Positions 19,590-29,525 of a stretch of 46,594 nucleotides of DNA are shown here, one piece after another. Position numbers and translations under genes: made by a program. The stretch's first letter is position 1. The number at the start of each line of letters is the position of its first letter. The stretch lies in NCBI GenBank assembly GCA_002495905.1, contig DAHJ01000034.1, forward strand, positions 1 through 46,594. Reading direction: 5' to 3'. Below the pieces are notes generated by a model that worked only from the letters and a program-made list of their open reading frames with translations, searched no databases and was not told where the DNA came from. The stretch is from Thaumarchaeota archaeon UBA223. GTDB taxonomy: Archaea; Thermoproteota; Nitrososphaeria; Nitrososphaerales; UBA57.

Positions 19590-22346
19590 CTAAGTTTTAT
19601 TTGTCTTTCTTTTGGTTTTAGTAGTGGATTTCTTGGGATTCGCTTTCTTTGCAGCGGATTTCTTTGGAGATTTCTTTGCAGCGGATTTCTTTGGAGATTT
19701 CTTTGCAGCGGATTTCTTTGGAGATTTCTTTGCGGTAGATTTTTGACTTTGAGTAAAGACTACACCAAGTACAATTATTAGAAGAGCAACAATTACAGGT
19801 ATAAGTAGAGGAGATGATTCAGATTCTTCTGATTCGTTAATAGAAACAATTTCATTATTAGAAATGCTAGGTTGTTCTTGTTCTTCAACAACAGGTGAAT
19901 TATTTGATGGTTCTACAGAAATTGGTTTATCAGTACCAACTTCAATAACTAAAACTCTTTCATTAAGAGATGATAGACTATCACTATAACCAGCAAGATA
20001 TAATTTATACAAACCTGATTGAAGGGAAGAAGTCAAAGAACTATCAAACGTAATTAAGAATTCATTATTATTTTGTTTCGATGCCAATCCATTTGCCAAT
20101 ATGCTATTAGAAATTTCATCTTTCAATGCATAACGTAAATCAAGATTACCTTCTCCAGTCATTGTAACAGTAATAGTATTATCAGAACCAATTTCAATGA
20201 AATTAGAATCAATGTTTAGAATATCGACAAGATTAGCTTCTCCAAAGAAGAATTGTCCTGGTTTGAATGGATAAGTTGGATCACGGAATGCATTTAATTC
20301 AGCATACTGAGCAGGAGGATCGTAAACACTTAGCATGAATGGTCCGTTAGATATTACTAGCATTCCATATTCATCGAACCAAGAAAGTGAAGAATCATAT
20401 CTGCTAGTAGCGTCAGAATTAGAAACGAGTTGGAGGCCTTGAACATTGAATACATTATCAGGGATATTATTAGCAGAATTGTGATCTCGAATTACGTTAC
20501 GTACTAATCTGGCATCTCTATCCATTACTAAACTAATCCATGGAACATTAAATCGTTGTGCAGCAGTATCGCTATATGCAGCTTTGCGTTGATCGAAAAC
20601 TAGCGTATCCATAGAATAAAGAATCTCCCAAGGCATAGTAATACTAGTTATACTTGCATAATCAGCGATATAGTCAGGAGCAAAATGCCAAAAGTCAACA
20701 TAAACTTCAAGTTTATTGTCGTCAACAATTCGGAATCCTTTGAAACTATCAAGATATGGTTTAGACACTGTAGCTATAGCAAATTCCATTGATGATTTGT
20801 CTTCATTATAAGTTAAATCAAAAGTCTGATAAATTGAATAAATTACATCAGCCATATCTATTTGTTCTCCATGATGCCAGTTAGAATTAAAATATTTAGA
20901 ATAATCAAATACAACTTTACTAGTAGCAACGGTACCAGACGGAACATTAGACCACGAATTGGTCTGAGCATTCCATATAAATGAATCAGATGGAAGATCT
21001 ATATTTCCACCTGGGCCAGATGTTGTAACTTCGTAATTTGCCCTATAAGATATAGGAAGTCCCGTAAAGGGATGACGTGTTATAGGGGGATCATACATAT
21101 TTCTCCAAATATCACTTCCATAAACATCACCAAAACCACCAACAGGATTCCAAGTAGTACGCTCTGTCCAAACCCAAACATTTCCAATAGTTAAATCAGT
21201 CTGACCGGGAATAAAGGCATCTCGTTGTGTCCATATACTTTTTGGACCAGCAATAATATCGGAACTAATTCCTTCAATAGAGTCGTCAGCAGGAAGATTT
21301 GTAATAATGTTAGCAATCCACAATCGTACGGATTCGTCTAAACATAATTTAGATGCGTCGGAATAAATAGAGTTACGTTCATCTTCGTTTTGGAAATCAC
21401 CACTAAAAATTCTTTGTCCCAATATATCCAATTCTTCGTTTTCATATTGCCAGAAACCCAATTCTTGCCATCCAGGCATATTTCCAAGCCATGGAGAACA
21501 CATTTGATTTAATGTACCAGAATCATATCGGTCAGCAGCTCCTTTTCCCCAACCCTCAGTATACATATGCCAAGATCCGCCAGTACCTACAAGGTTAGGA
21601 TCGGAACTATATACGGTATAGATAGCAGGGCCAAATTGCTGATATGTAGGTTGAACAATAAAACCAAGATTTTCAACCTCAGATCTTATTAAATCACCAA
21701 CGTCTCGTCTTTCATCTTCAACACGAATAATAAAATCAATACGAATTGGCTTTCCGCCAAAGTGCCATTTACCTTCAACTAGTTCGGCACCGGCATTTAT
21801 CATAGCATCATTTACAATAAGTTTTGCATAATCCGGATCATAATTGATAGATGATTCAAGAATCATATCATATAAAGTAAGGTAATCGTGATCATATGAA
21901 CTAACTTGAGTTAACATTGGAACGGCCATACCTTGATAAATTTCTTGGACAACAAAGTCTCGATTAATAATTAATTGAATAGCCTGTCGAACTTCTTTAA
22001 TTGAAAATGGATTTAATTGTCCTTCAGGACCAGGAGCTGGATTCAGTAATAATGAAATTGTTGACGTAGGAGCTTCATGAACTTTGATTCCCGGTGAATT
22101 TTTTATATCTTTTGCAGCAGCAACTTTAAGTCCAAAATAATACATATCCATTTGATTTGCAAGAATTTCTTTAGGAGCAATATCTACATGGAATGAACGA
22201 AAGCGTAATACGTCGGCTGCAGGACCTGCTTTATCATGTGGAGGTTGATAATTACTTTGACTATGTACAATGCTTGGAACAATTGAAAATAACAATAAGA
22301 CACTCAAAAGAATTGTAATTAATTTTGTAGATGTATTGATTATCAA
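19590..22346 (-). CDS. Family 5 ABC substrate-binding protein, archaeal type with C-terminal TM anchor and Lys-rich tail
   Basis: Signal peptide; LLLNPAP..NPFSIKEVRQAI..INRDFVVQEIYQG; SNGPFML; TM LLIPVIVALLIIVLGVVF; directly upstream of the permeases. Confidence 0.88.
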   Translation of the reverse strand: MIINTSTKLITILLSVLLLFSIVPSIVHSQSNYQPPHDKAGPAADVLRFRSFHVDIAPKEILANQMDMYYFGLKVAAAKDIKNSPGIKVHEAPTSTISLLLNPAPGPEGQLNPFSIKEVRQAIQLIINRDFVVQEIYQGMAVPMLTQVSSYDHDYLTLYDMILESSINYDPDYAKLIVNDAMINAGAELVEGKWHFGGKPIRIDFIIRVEDERRDVGDLIRSEVENLGFIVQPTYQQFGPAIYTVYSSDPNLVGTGGSWHMYTEGWGKGAADRYDSGTLNQMCSPWLGNMPGWQELGFWQYENEELDILGQRIFSGDFQNEDERNSIYSDASKLCLDESVRLWIANIITNLPADDSIEGISSDIIAGPKSIWTQRDAFIPGQTDLTIGNVWVWTERTTWNPVGGFGDVYGSDIWRNMYDPPITRHPFTGLPISYRANYEVTTSGPGGNIDLPSDSFIWNAQTNSWSNVPSGTVATSKVVFDYSKYFNSNWHHGEQIDMADVIYSIYQTFDLTYNEDKSSMEFAIATVSKPYLDSFKGFRIVDDNKLEVYVDFWHFAPDYIADYASITSITMPWEILYSMDTLVFDQRKAAYSDTAAQRFNVPWISLVMDRDARLVRNVIRDHNSANNIPDNVFNVQGLQLVSNSDATSRYDSSLSWFDEYGMLVISNGPFMLSVYDPPAQYAELNAFRDPTYPFKPGQFFFGEANLVDILNIDSNFIEIGSDNTITVTMTGEGNLDLRYALKDEISNSILANGLASKQNNNEFLITFDSSLTSSLQSGLYKLYLAGYSDSLSSLNERVLVIEVGTDKPISVEPSNNSPVVEEQEQPSISNNEIVSINESEESESSPLLIPVIVALLIIVLGVVFTQSQKSTAKKSPKKSAAKKSPKKSAAKKSPKKSAAKKANPKKSTTKTKRKTNKT
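19644..19733. repeat. 27-bp perfect tandem repeat, 3.3 copies, encoding SPKKSAAKK on the minus strand
   Basis: TTTCTTTGCAGCGGATTTCTTTGGAGA at 19644, 19671 and 19698 plus a 9-nt partial copy at 19725. Confidence 0.95.
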
Positions 22347-22357
22347 TATAGAATCCC

Positions 22358-24805
22358 CTATGATTTATTCATGAGTTCACGGATATTTTTTAAATCAATA
22401 CCATTTTCTCTCGATATTGAAATAAACACAACTACAACAATAGCCAAGATCATTGCAAGCAAAGTGTAAATTAAAGTTTCAAAAGTATTAGTTTTATCAG
22501 ATATGGCAGATACATCATTTTGAAGTTCATTTATCTGAATAGGTAAATTAGACAAATCACCAAGTTCAGGAGCTATTGGTGGAGAAATAGGAACCTCGTT
22601 TGGGGGACTATTTGAAACAGTTTGTGTTTGTAACATATCAAAGATAGATTCAGATATGTCAGACAATCTAGTCTCAAGTTGATCGAGGTTATTAAAACCA
22701 AAGTCCATAAAGAATGAGGCTGCAGCAACATTTCCAGATGCTTCAATAGCCAAAATTGTATGTGCGCCTTCACCTGCAATAGGAATAAATATATCAGTAT
22801 TAAATAAACCGTCGTCATTAGTGCGTGTTGAAGAAATTATTACTCCACTAACAGAAATGTATATTTCTTGATCAGGTTGGAAATCAAATCCCGATATACG
22901 AACATCTCTACCTCCTGGTCCAGATGGTGGACTAATGAATATTGATGGTGTAGGCATTGGTTTGGTTCGTGCAAAACCAATTTTCTGATTCATACCGGTT
23001 ATTTCGCCAAGCCGGCCATCAGTCCAAATCATATAAACATCGTCAGCAACTGCTTTGATATCATTGTAATCACCAATGAATGCTCCACGAGGAAAAGCTT
23101 TGTTCGGGTTTGTTGGATAATCAGTAATTCTTGAATTAGGCAACCATGTTTCTCCGCCATCATCAGAACGAGTATAATACATATGATAAGTTATCTCACT
23201 AGGACTGTCACGGAAATCTCCAAAGAATGCATGAATACTTCCGTCAGGTCCAATGTCTAGAGCTGGAAAGAACTGAAATGCAGAAATTCCATCGTCGTTA
23301 ATACGTTTAGGAGACGACCAAGAATTTCCTTCATCGGTAGAACGTACAAAGTATACATCGCCATCGTCAGTAGGTTTATCAGAAGGTCTACCTCCAAAAA
23401 CAAGACTGATAGATCCATCTATATCAGAAACAGAACCACGAGGCATTGCACTAGCCCATGACCTAAATGGAGCATTTCTTGAACGATAAAATGGTTCATT
23501 AAATGTTGCAACACGTTCACTAAGACTAAATGAATCACCTCCATCGTCAGAACGGACAATATGAGTTTCAGCTAGTCCCTCAAAAGGTCCGTCGTCGGTG
23601 GAATCATGATAGGCAACATAAACTGTACCATCATCATGTGTAAATACATGTGGGAATTGAACAACTCTGTCGGTTTCTTCTGCAAATTGGTTTTCATTGC
23701 CTCCACCGCCAGATCCTGCATAGGCAGAATATACAGTTGGGCTAACAGGAATAGGTTTACTCCAAGTCATTCCATAATCCTCAGATTTGACCATTTCGAT
23801 AGTTGTTTCAAGAACAGGATATCTAAAATAGAGAAGAGCGCCATCTAAAGCAAAGAAGAAATCATATCGTGTAACGAAATGTGTGTAAACGACGTAAACG
23901 ATATCTTCATCAAGGTTTTCAGGGTTTGGACCTGTAGCTATCCAAGGTTTATCCAAGAAACCAAATCTTAATGTGCCACTGCTTGTAACATTAGTAGCCT
24001 CGCCTTCAAATTGAGTTTGAGAATAAGTCAATGAGATTGTACTACGAGCACTAGATATTGGTTGTAACCAAGTCTCTCCTCCATCATCAGAACGAGTAAT
24101 CGATATACTAGAAACTGATTCTTGTAAAGGAGTACCACCTAAACTGAAATCATCACTGCCAATAGATATACAACCCATATAGACACTGCCTTTTCTATCA
24201 AAGGCTGCAATTGGATCTCCTGCAGCGCCGAGATCTTCTTGTAGATATTTAGATTGGAATGCACCATCCCAAGTTTGACCTCCATCTCTACTAACGTATG
24301 AAACAACATTTGCAAAATTGTAATCGATAGTACCAATTACAATATGTTCAGGATCATTAGGATTTACAGCAAGCACTGGTTCAGTTTGAACCGGAGTAGT
24401 ACCAAAATCTCTTGTGACAAGAATATTTCTACTAAATTTTTGCGAAGGATCACGATAAGGAACTAGAGCAGCAGCTCCTGCAGCTTGTAATCGAACGTCT
24501 TGATTATTATCAGCTCCAGCTAAATCAACATTATCTTGAAGCCAGTCTTCCATTGCACCTTTCTTAGCATTTGCAAAACGAACATCTTCTCCTCTAACTA
24601 CTCCTTGAGCAGCACCAGAAAAGACTTTTGAAACAGGTTCATGGAACATCATACCACTTTCAGGAATAAGTGGAGAAATTGCCCTGTATGGACGAGCATC
24701 ACTCCAAAGAATATCTTCAGGGCCTGCTGAAGCAGAATTAACAATTAAAGGAATTAGAAAACTAGATAAAAGCACGAATAAGGCAAGATATGGAAGTAGT
24801 TTCAT
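22358..24805 (-). CDS. Membrane-anchored BNR/Asp-box beta-propeller protein (sialidase-like fold)
   Basis: Six Asp boxes: SRDGGQTW, SDDGGETW, SEDYGMTW, SDDGGDSF, STDEGNSW, SDDGGETW; FIGDY; Ig-like domain, stalk, C-terminal TM. Confidence 0.85.
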   Translation of the reverse strand: MKLLPYLALFVLLSSFLIPLIVNSASAGPEDILWSDARPYRAISPLIPESGMMFHEPVSKVFSGAAQGVVRGEDVRFANAKKGAMEDWLQDNVDLAGADNNQDVRLQAAGAAALVPYRDPSQKFSRNILVTRDFGTTPVQTEPVLAVNPNDPEHIVIGTIDYNFANVVSYVSRDGGQTWDGAFQSKYLQEDLGAAGDPIAAFDRKGSVYMGCISIGSDDFSLGGTPLQESVSSISITRSDDGGETWLQPISSARSTISLTYSQTQFEGEATNVTSSGTLRFGFLDKPWIATGPNPENLDEDIVYVVYTHFVTRYDFFFALDGALLYFRYPVLETTIEMVKSEDYGMTWSKPIPVSPTVYSAYAGSGGGGNENQFAEETDRVVQFPHVFTHDDGTVYVAYHDSTDDGPFEGLAETHIVRSDDGGDSFSLSERVATFNEPFYRSRNAPFRSWASAMPRGSVSDIDGSISLVFGGRPSDKPTDDGDVYFVRSTDEGNSWSSPKRINDDGISAFQFFPALDIGPDGSIHAFFGDFRDSPSEITYHMYYTRSDDGGETWLPNSRITDYPTNPNKAFPRGAFIGDYNDIKAVADDVYMIWTDGRLGEITGMNQKIGFARTKPMPTPSIFISPPSGPGGRDVRISGFDFQPDQEIYISVSGVIISSTRTNDDGLFNTDIFIPIAGEGAHTILAIEASGNVAAASFFMDFGFNNLDQLETRLSDISESIFDMLQTQTVSNSPPNEVPISPPIAPELGDLSNLPIQINELQNDVSAISDKTNTFETLIYTLLAMILAIVVVVFISISRENGIDLKNIRELMNKS

Positions 24806-24869
24806 TTGGTAGTATTTGTTATTAATATATTTAAATTGTTTATTAAGTTAAAAAAAACCATCAGTAAAA

Positions 24870-25682
24870 TTATGAAACAAGACTAATCGCAGCATCCATA
24901 CGGATGATAACAGCTAAAAGAGCGTCGTTTTGGAATTTTCCAATTTCAGAGGTATAGTTTATTGCGCCACTAATATTACCTTCAATTATCCAGTTAAAGA
25001 ATTCTGTATCAGTGGAATTAGCTCCTGGTTGTTGATCAATCCAATCATAATATGGATCAATCATAGAAATAACTTTATCAATTTTAGGACCAAGAGTTGG
25101 ATCACTAACTATTGCAATATCCTTAACTCTTTCCCAGTGATTATGAGCTTCTGATCTACTAGAAGGAATTTCTTTTCTAAGTTCAACAAGTAAAAGTTTA
25201 TCATTTTCAAATTTTTCAATAGTTTTTGTAATAGAATTAAGACGAGTATTCAATTTAGATATTTCAGCTTCAGACATTTCCGCGTCTTGAATAGCAACAC
25301 TGAGTTGAACTTTGTTATCTTCAAGTGTATTTTCAAGAACAGTTATTTCTGAATTAAGTAATGAAACTTTTTCAGATAAAGCCGCATTTTCAAGTTTATT
25401 GGAATTTATTTGAGATTGTAAAGTGTTAACAACGGTTTGAGATTGAGATAATTCAGATTCTTTGATTTTGAGTTCATTAATTCGTTCTTCGAGAAATAGA
25501 ATTTGAGATTCAAGAACATCTTCGTTAGTTTTTAAAGTATTTACTTGAGGTTGAGTAATAGCATATCCGAGAATTCCACCAAAAAGAAATGCAATAAGAA
25601 TAGGTGCAAGAATCTTATTTTTGAACAATTCATTAGATTGAGAACGTTTTTTAGGTTTTCGAGATGATTTTCTTGATGACAT
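24870..25682 (-). CDS. Single-TM coiled-coil protein of unknown function
   Basis: Basic N-terminus MSSRKSSRKPKKR, TM ILAPILIAFLFGGILGYAI, roughly 120 aa of heptad-like sequence, small C-terminal domain. Confidence 0.7.
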   Translation of the reverse strand: MSSRKSSRKPKKRSQSNELFKNKILAPILIAFLFGGILGYAITQPQVNTLKTNEDVLESQILFLEERINELKIKESELSQSQTVVNTLQSQINSNKLENAALSEKVSLLNSEITVLENTLEDNKVQLSVAIQDAEMSEAEISKLNTRLNSITKTIEKFENDKLLLVELRKEIPSSRSEAHNHWERVKDIAIVSDPTLGPKIDKVISMIDPYYDWIDQQPGANSTDTEFFNWIIEGNISGAINYTSEIGKFQNDALLAVIIRMDAAISLVS

Positions 25683-25786
25683 TTTTATTATAATAAACAT
25701 TAATCGAATTTATAATTTGTTAAGAATAAGATATTCTTAGTCAGTAATTAGAACAATATTATTAGCAAGAACATACAAAGAATCAT

Positions 25787-26626
25787 GTGGAGATACTGCT
25801 CTTTGTGTATATCCTATCTACCAGTTTCATAGCAGGAATAATAGGGTCATTATTAGGGTTAGGAGGTGGAATAATTTTAGTGCCTGCATTAACAATATTA
25901 TTCGATTTACCAATACACCAAGCAATTGGAGTAAGTTTCATAGGCGTATTAGTAAATTCAAGTAGTTCGTCCATAGTGTATATTAAAAATAGAATAACAG
26001 ATTTAAGATTAAGTTCAATTCTAGAATTGGGCGCAGTTACAGGATCGATAATTGGTGCATATACTGCATTACAAATAGACAGTAGTATTTTAAGTGTAAT
26101 TTTTGGAATTGTTTTAGGATATATAGCAATTAATATGTATGTCAAGTCAAGAAAAAATTCAGAAAACAATAATATAGAATCAAAATCAAACGATGAAAGA
26201 AAATATTTTGATGAAAGTACAAATGAAATAATAACATATTCTGTAAAAAGAGAAAAAGAAGGAACTATAATAAGTGTAATAGGAGGAATATTTTCAGGAT
26301 TATTAGGTTTAGGAGGAGGTGCAATTTTTGTACCAATAATGAATAGAATAATGAACATTCCAATTAAAGTAGCAATTGCAACAAGTAGTTTTATGATAGG
26401 GGTAACATCACTTGTTGGTGCATTAATTTTTTTTAATAATGGTTTGATTGATGTTACACTAGTCTCGCCGATAATACTAGGAATATTTTTTGGTGCTCAG
26501 ATAGGATCAAGGATAAACAAAGTAATTGATAAACAAATATTAACAAATATTTTTTGTATAGTATTAATTTACATTGCTTTAAGAATGATAATAAATGGAT
26601 TAGAAATTGAGGTTTTGAATTTATGA
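25787..26626 (+). CDS. TauE/SafE (TSUP) family transporter
   Basis: Duplicated GSLLGLGGG / SGLLGLGGG motifs, AIATS, multiple TMs. Confidence 0.9.
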   Translation: MEILLFVYILSTSFIAGIIGSLLGLGGGIILVPALTILFDLPIHQAIGVSFIGVLVNSSSSSIVYIKNRITDLRLSSILELGAVTGSIIGAYTALQIDSSILSVIFGIVLGYIAINMYVKSRKNSENNNIESKSNDERKYFDESTNEIITYSVKREKEGTIISVIGGIFSGLLGLGGGAIFVPIMNRIMNIPIKVAIATSSFMIGVTSLVGALIFFNNGLIDVTLVSPIILGIFFGAQIGSRINKVIDKQILTNIFCIVLIYIALRMIINGLEIEVLNL

Positions 26627-26934
26627 ATAAGAACAATAAATTAGAAAATTTAACATTAACAGTTATTAAAACAATTTTGATATTAGTTATAGCATTAACA
26701 ATAATTTCAGTGATATTAGAGATTAGTTTCAGTCAAGATATTTGGTTAGATTCACTAAGAATAGCAGGAATGAACTTGTTAGATTTTGTCATAATATTCT
26801 TGTTATTTATGATACCAGTAAGTAGATTGTCAATAATGATCAGAGAATTCTCGAAATCAAAAAATCATATCAATGCAGTATCAGAAGTAGTCGTACTAGG
26901 CATAATATTGGTTTTAGTAGCTAGGATAATTTAG
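26623..26934 (+). CDS. Small membrane protein, DUF1634-like partner of TSUP
   Basis: Three hydrophobic segments, IPVSRL, 4-nt overlap with the TSUP gene. Confidence 0.55.
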   Translation: MNKNNKLENLTLTVIKTILILVIALTIISVILEISFSQDIWLDSLRIAGMNLLDFVIIFLLFMIPVSRLSIMIREFSKSKNHINAVSEVVVLGIILVLVARII

Positions 26935-27221
26935 AGTATATCAAGTGTGCCATATCGGCCAACGTTTAGCTTTACTTCGCCACGAAAGCTGTTTGTATAG
27001 CCATTACCAATCTTTAGTTTTGTACCAACCTGTACTTTTTCGATATCGTCATTCCATAACGAGAGCGTAATCTCTGCTGTTTCATCCTTAATTTTTATGT
27101 CTGCGACACGTGCTTCAGTACCAAAACGTGTATTAACAGTTCGTGTTTCACCAACTTCGGTTACTTCAGCTTCAGGAATTTCAACATTTCTTGCGCCATC
27201 GGTTAATTCTGAGATGTTCAT
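26931..27221 (-). CDS. ssb: Single OB-fold ssDNA-binding protein (crenarchaeal SSB type)
   Basis: RTVNTRFG, DETAEITLSLWN, NGYTNSFRGEVKLNVGRYG. Confidence 0.88.
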   Translation of the reverse strand: MNISELTDGARNVEIPEAEVTEVGETRTVNTRFGTEARVADIKIKDETAEITLSLWNDDIEKVQVGTKLKIGNGYTNSFRGEVKLNVGRYGTLDIL

Positions 27222-27300
27222 TTTATAACAATATATGTATTTGCAATATTATTTTAACTTTAGTGTTTTATTAGTGACGATGATACAAATGTAATAGAAG

Positions 27301-28287
27301 ATGAATTTAGGGTTAATAGAATATGGAGTAGTGGCCATGGCCTTTATTATTACATATTTAGCGACGAATAGATTAATTTCATTATTAGTTGGTGTAAAAA
27401 GAGAAGTTTTAGATTACCATAAAGAAGGAAAGAGTTTTGTTGCATATCCCGGAGGCCCTGCAATAATTTTTGGTCTCATATCATCATTATTGGTTTCAAT
27501 AATTTTAACAAACGATATAAGAATTATTGCGATACTCGGAGTAGTAATAATTTCATCGACAATAGGAATAATAGATGATTTCAAATCGTTAGGAGGTAGG
27601 AAGAAACCTTTGTTATTATTGTTGGCATCATTACCAATAATTCTATTAGGCGCTTATGAGCCAAATTTAGACTTTCTATTTTTTGGATCGGCTAAATTAT
27701 CAATAATTTATCCGTTATTGATATTAATATCAATACCAGTAACTGCAAATACAATTAATACAATAGATGTGTTAAACGGTGTATCAACAGGATTTGTAAT
27801 AATCACAGCAATTCCACTATTAATTTCATTATTTTTGATAGGAGATAGCAGCATGGTATTAGTTACATTAATCTTAATCTCTGTATGTTTAGCGTTCTTT
27901 GTCTTTCACAAATACCCTTCAAAAGTATTTCCAGGAGATTCAGGAACGTTAACATTAGGTGCAATGTATGGAGCAATTGCAATTGTAGGGGGAGTAGAAT
28001 TAATTGGAGTATTTGCAATATTACCAGCAATATTGAACTCATTCTTTTATTTATCAAGCATGAGAGATTTTGTTGAACATAAAAATATCAAGGTTAGACC
28101 GACTAGAGTATTAAAAGATGGAACAATTGAGGCAGAAAGGAATGATGATGCGCCAATAACATTAGTAAGATTAATAGTAGCAGGTAATCCCTCAAAAGAA
28201 TTACCAATTGTCAATACAATTTTTATTTTGAGTATTGTTTCAGCAATACTTGCAACAATAATAGGAATCTTAACTTGGGTGATATAG
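27301..28287 (+). CDS. Polyprenyl/dolichyl-phosphate GlcNAc-1-phosphate transferase (MraY/GPT family, AglH-like)
   Basis: IGIIDD, NTINTIDVLNG, YPSKVFPGDSG. Confidence 0.85.
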   Translation: MNLGLIEYGVVAMAFIITYLATNRLISLLVGVKREVLDYHKEGKSFVAYPGGPAIIFGLISSLLVSIILTNDIRIIAILGVVIISSTIGIIDDFKSLGGRKKPLLLLLASLPIILLGAYEPNLDFLFFGSAKLSIIYPLLILISIPVTANTINTIDVLNGVSTGFVIITAIPLLISLFLIGDSSMVLVTLILISVCLAFFVFHKYPSKVFPGDSGTLTLGAMYGAIAIVGGVELIGVFAILPAILNSFFYLSSMRDFVEHKNIKVRPTRVLKDGTIEAERNDDAPITLVRLIVAGNPSKELPIVNTIFILSIVSAILATIIGILTWVI

Positions 28288-28524
28288 ATGAAGAATGTCA
28301 TAGAACTAAGTTCGATCATATTCATTGCATTTCTTTTAGTATTTTTAGTTTCAGCAATAATCTTTACCATAATAGTTCCATTAGAAAATCCATTTACATT
28401 TCAATTTAGTGAGATATTAATTGTAATTCTAAAATTAGTTGTAAGTTTTGGTTTGTTTCTGATTTGGGTTTTTATTATACAAAAAATAATTACAAGATAT
28501 TTAAAAAAGAAATTAAATTCATAG
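28288..28524 (+). CDS. Small two-TM hypothetical protein
   Basis: Abuts the GPT gene; two hydrophobic helices and a basic C-terminus. Confidence 0.55.
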   Translation: MKNVIELSSIIFIAFLLVFLVSAIIFTIIVPLENPFTFQFSEILIVILKLVVSFGLFLIWVFIIQKIITRYLKKKLNS

Positions 28525-28525
28525 A

Positions 28526-28996
28526 CTATTGCATTGAAGAGACTTTAGAAAGAACTTCAGAATAATCAGGTTCTTGGCCAGGGTTATCAGCTACCCATTT
28601 GTATTTAATAATTCCTTCTTTGTCAACAATAAGAACTGATCTCTTTGCAACTGTATATCCTGGTAAATCAAGAAAATTGGAAAATTCTAAGTTAAATTTG
28701 TTAATTATTGTTTTAGTATAATCACAAAGAAGTAAGAACTTGATATCATTTGATGTAGCAAATTCCTTTACGCTAAATGGGTAATCTACGCTTATTCCGA
28801 TTACTTCAGCATTAGCTTCAGAGAGTTTAGACAAGCTATCGCGAAAATAACAAAGTTCTGTTTTACAGACTCCGGTAAAAGCTGCTGGATAAAAGACTAA
28901 AACAATATTCTTTCCTTTGAATTTTGATATATCTACTAACTTTCCGTCAGCGTCAGGTAATTCAAAAGAAGGTAAAGTAGAACCTATTTCAGTCAT
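28526..28996 (-). CDS. Peroxiredoxin (BCP/AhpE-like)
   Basis: FYPAAFTGVCKTELC (PxxxTxxC), GISVD, conserved Arg in KRS. Confidence 0.92.
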   Translation of the reverse strand: MTEIGSTLPSFELPDADGKLVDISKFKGKNIVLVFYPAAFTGVCKTELCYFRDSLSKLSEANAEVIGISVDYPFSVKEFATSNDIKFLLLCDYTKTIINKFNLEFSNFLDLPGYTVAKRSVLIVDKEGIIKYKWVADNPGQEPDYSEVLSKVSSMQ

Positions 28997-29021
28997 ATTA
29001 TGTAAAGATTAGAACTAATAT

Positions 29022-29525
29022 TTAGAATTTTGCTTCCCAATCTTTCATTTTATTGTCGTATTCAGATCTATTATAAACAACTTTGGCAGGAGAGCCCACC
29101 ACAACACTATCAGAAGCAACATCTTTTGTTACTATAGAACCCATAGCAACAACGCTATTTTTTCCTATGGTAACCCCTGCTTTAATTACAGATCGTGCTC
29201 CAATGACTGCATTATCTTCAACAATAACACCTGCAAGTTTTGTACTGGGAGGATATGGATCATTTGTAAGAGTGGCAGAGGGACCAATGAATACGTTATT
29301 ACCAATAATACATTTTGGAGCAATGTAAACTAAACCTTCTATTTTACAATTAGAACCAATTTGAACATCATAATCAACATGTGCAAGAGAACCTATCATT
29401 ACGTTGTCGCCAATTTTTGTATTATTACCAACATAAGCCATATTCCAAATTTTAACACCATTACCAAACTTTACATTTTTACCAACAAATGCATTTTCAG
29501 AAATATGATTTTTTTCGTTACTCAT
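29022..29525 (-). CDS. Hexapeptide-repeat sugar N-acetyltransferase, WbpD/WlbB-like
   Basis: Left-handed beta-helix repeats, FIGPSATLTNDPYP, VTKDV, GSPAK. Confidence 0.8.
   Translation of the reverse strand: MSNEKNHISENAFVGKNVKFGNGVKIWNMAYVGNNTKIGDNVMIGSLAHVDYDVQIGSNCKIEGLVYIAPKCIIGNNVFIGPSATLTNDPYPPSTKLAGVIVEDNAVIGARSVIKAGVTIGKNSVVAMGSIVTKDVASDSVVVGSPAKVVYNRSEYDNKMKDWEAKF

Noticed and set aside
19644-19733. 27-bp repeats as a CRISPR array
   Set aside because: No spacers, in-frame coding repeat, no cas genes.
19527-19781. Plus-strand ORF with FLCSGFLWR repeats
   Set aside because: Antisense shadow of the Lys-rich tail repeat; overlaps two real genes.
11812-25700. Integrated element at tRNA-Leu
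   Set aside because: No integrase and no repeated tRNA 3' end seen; composition resembles the flanks.
25783-26358. 191-aa minus-strand ORF with PPP motifs
   Set aside because: Antisense of the GGG motifs of the TSUP gene.
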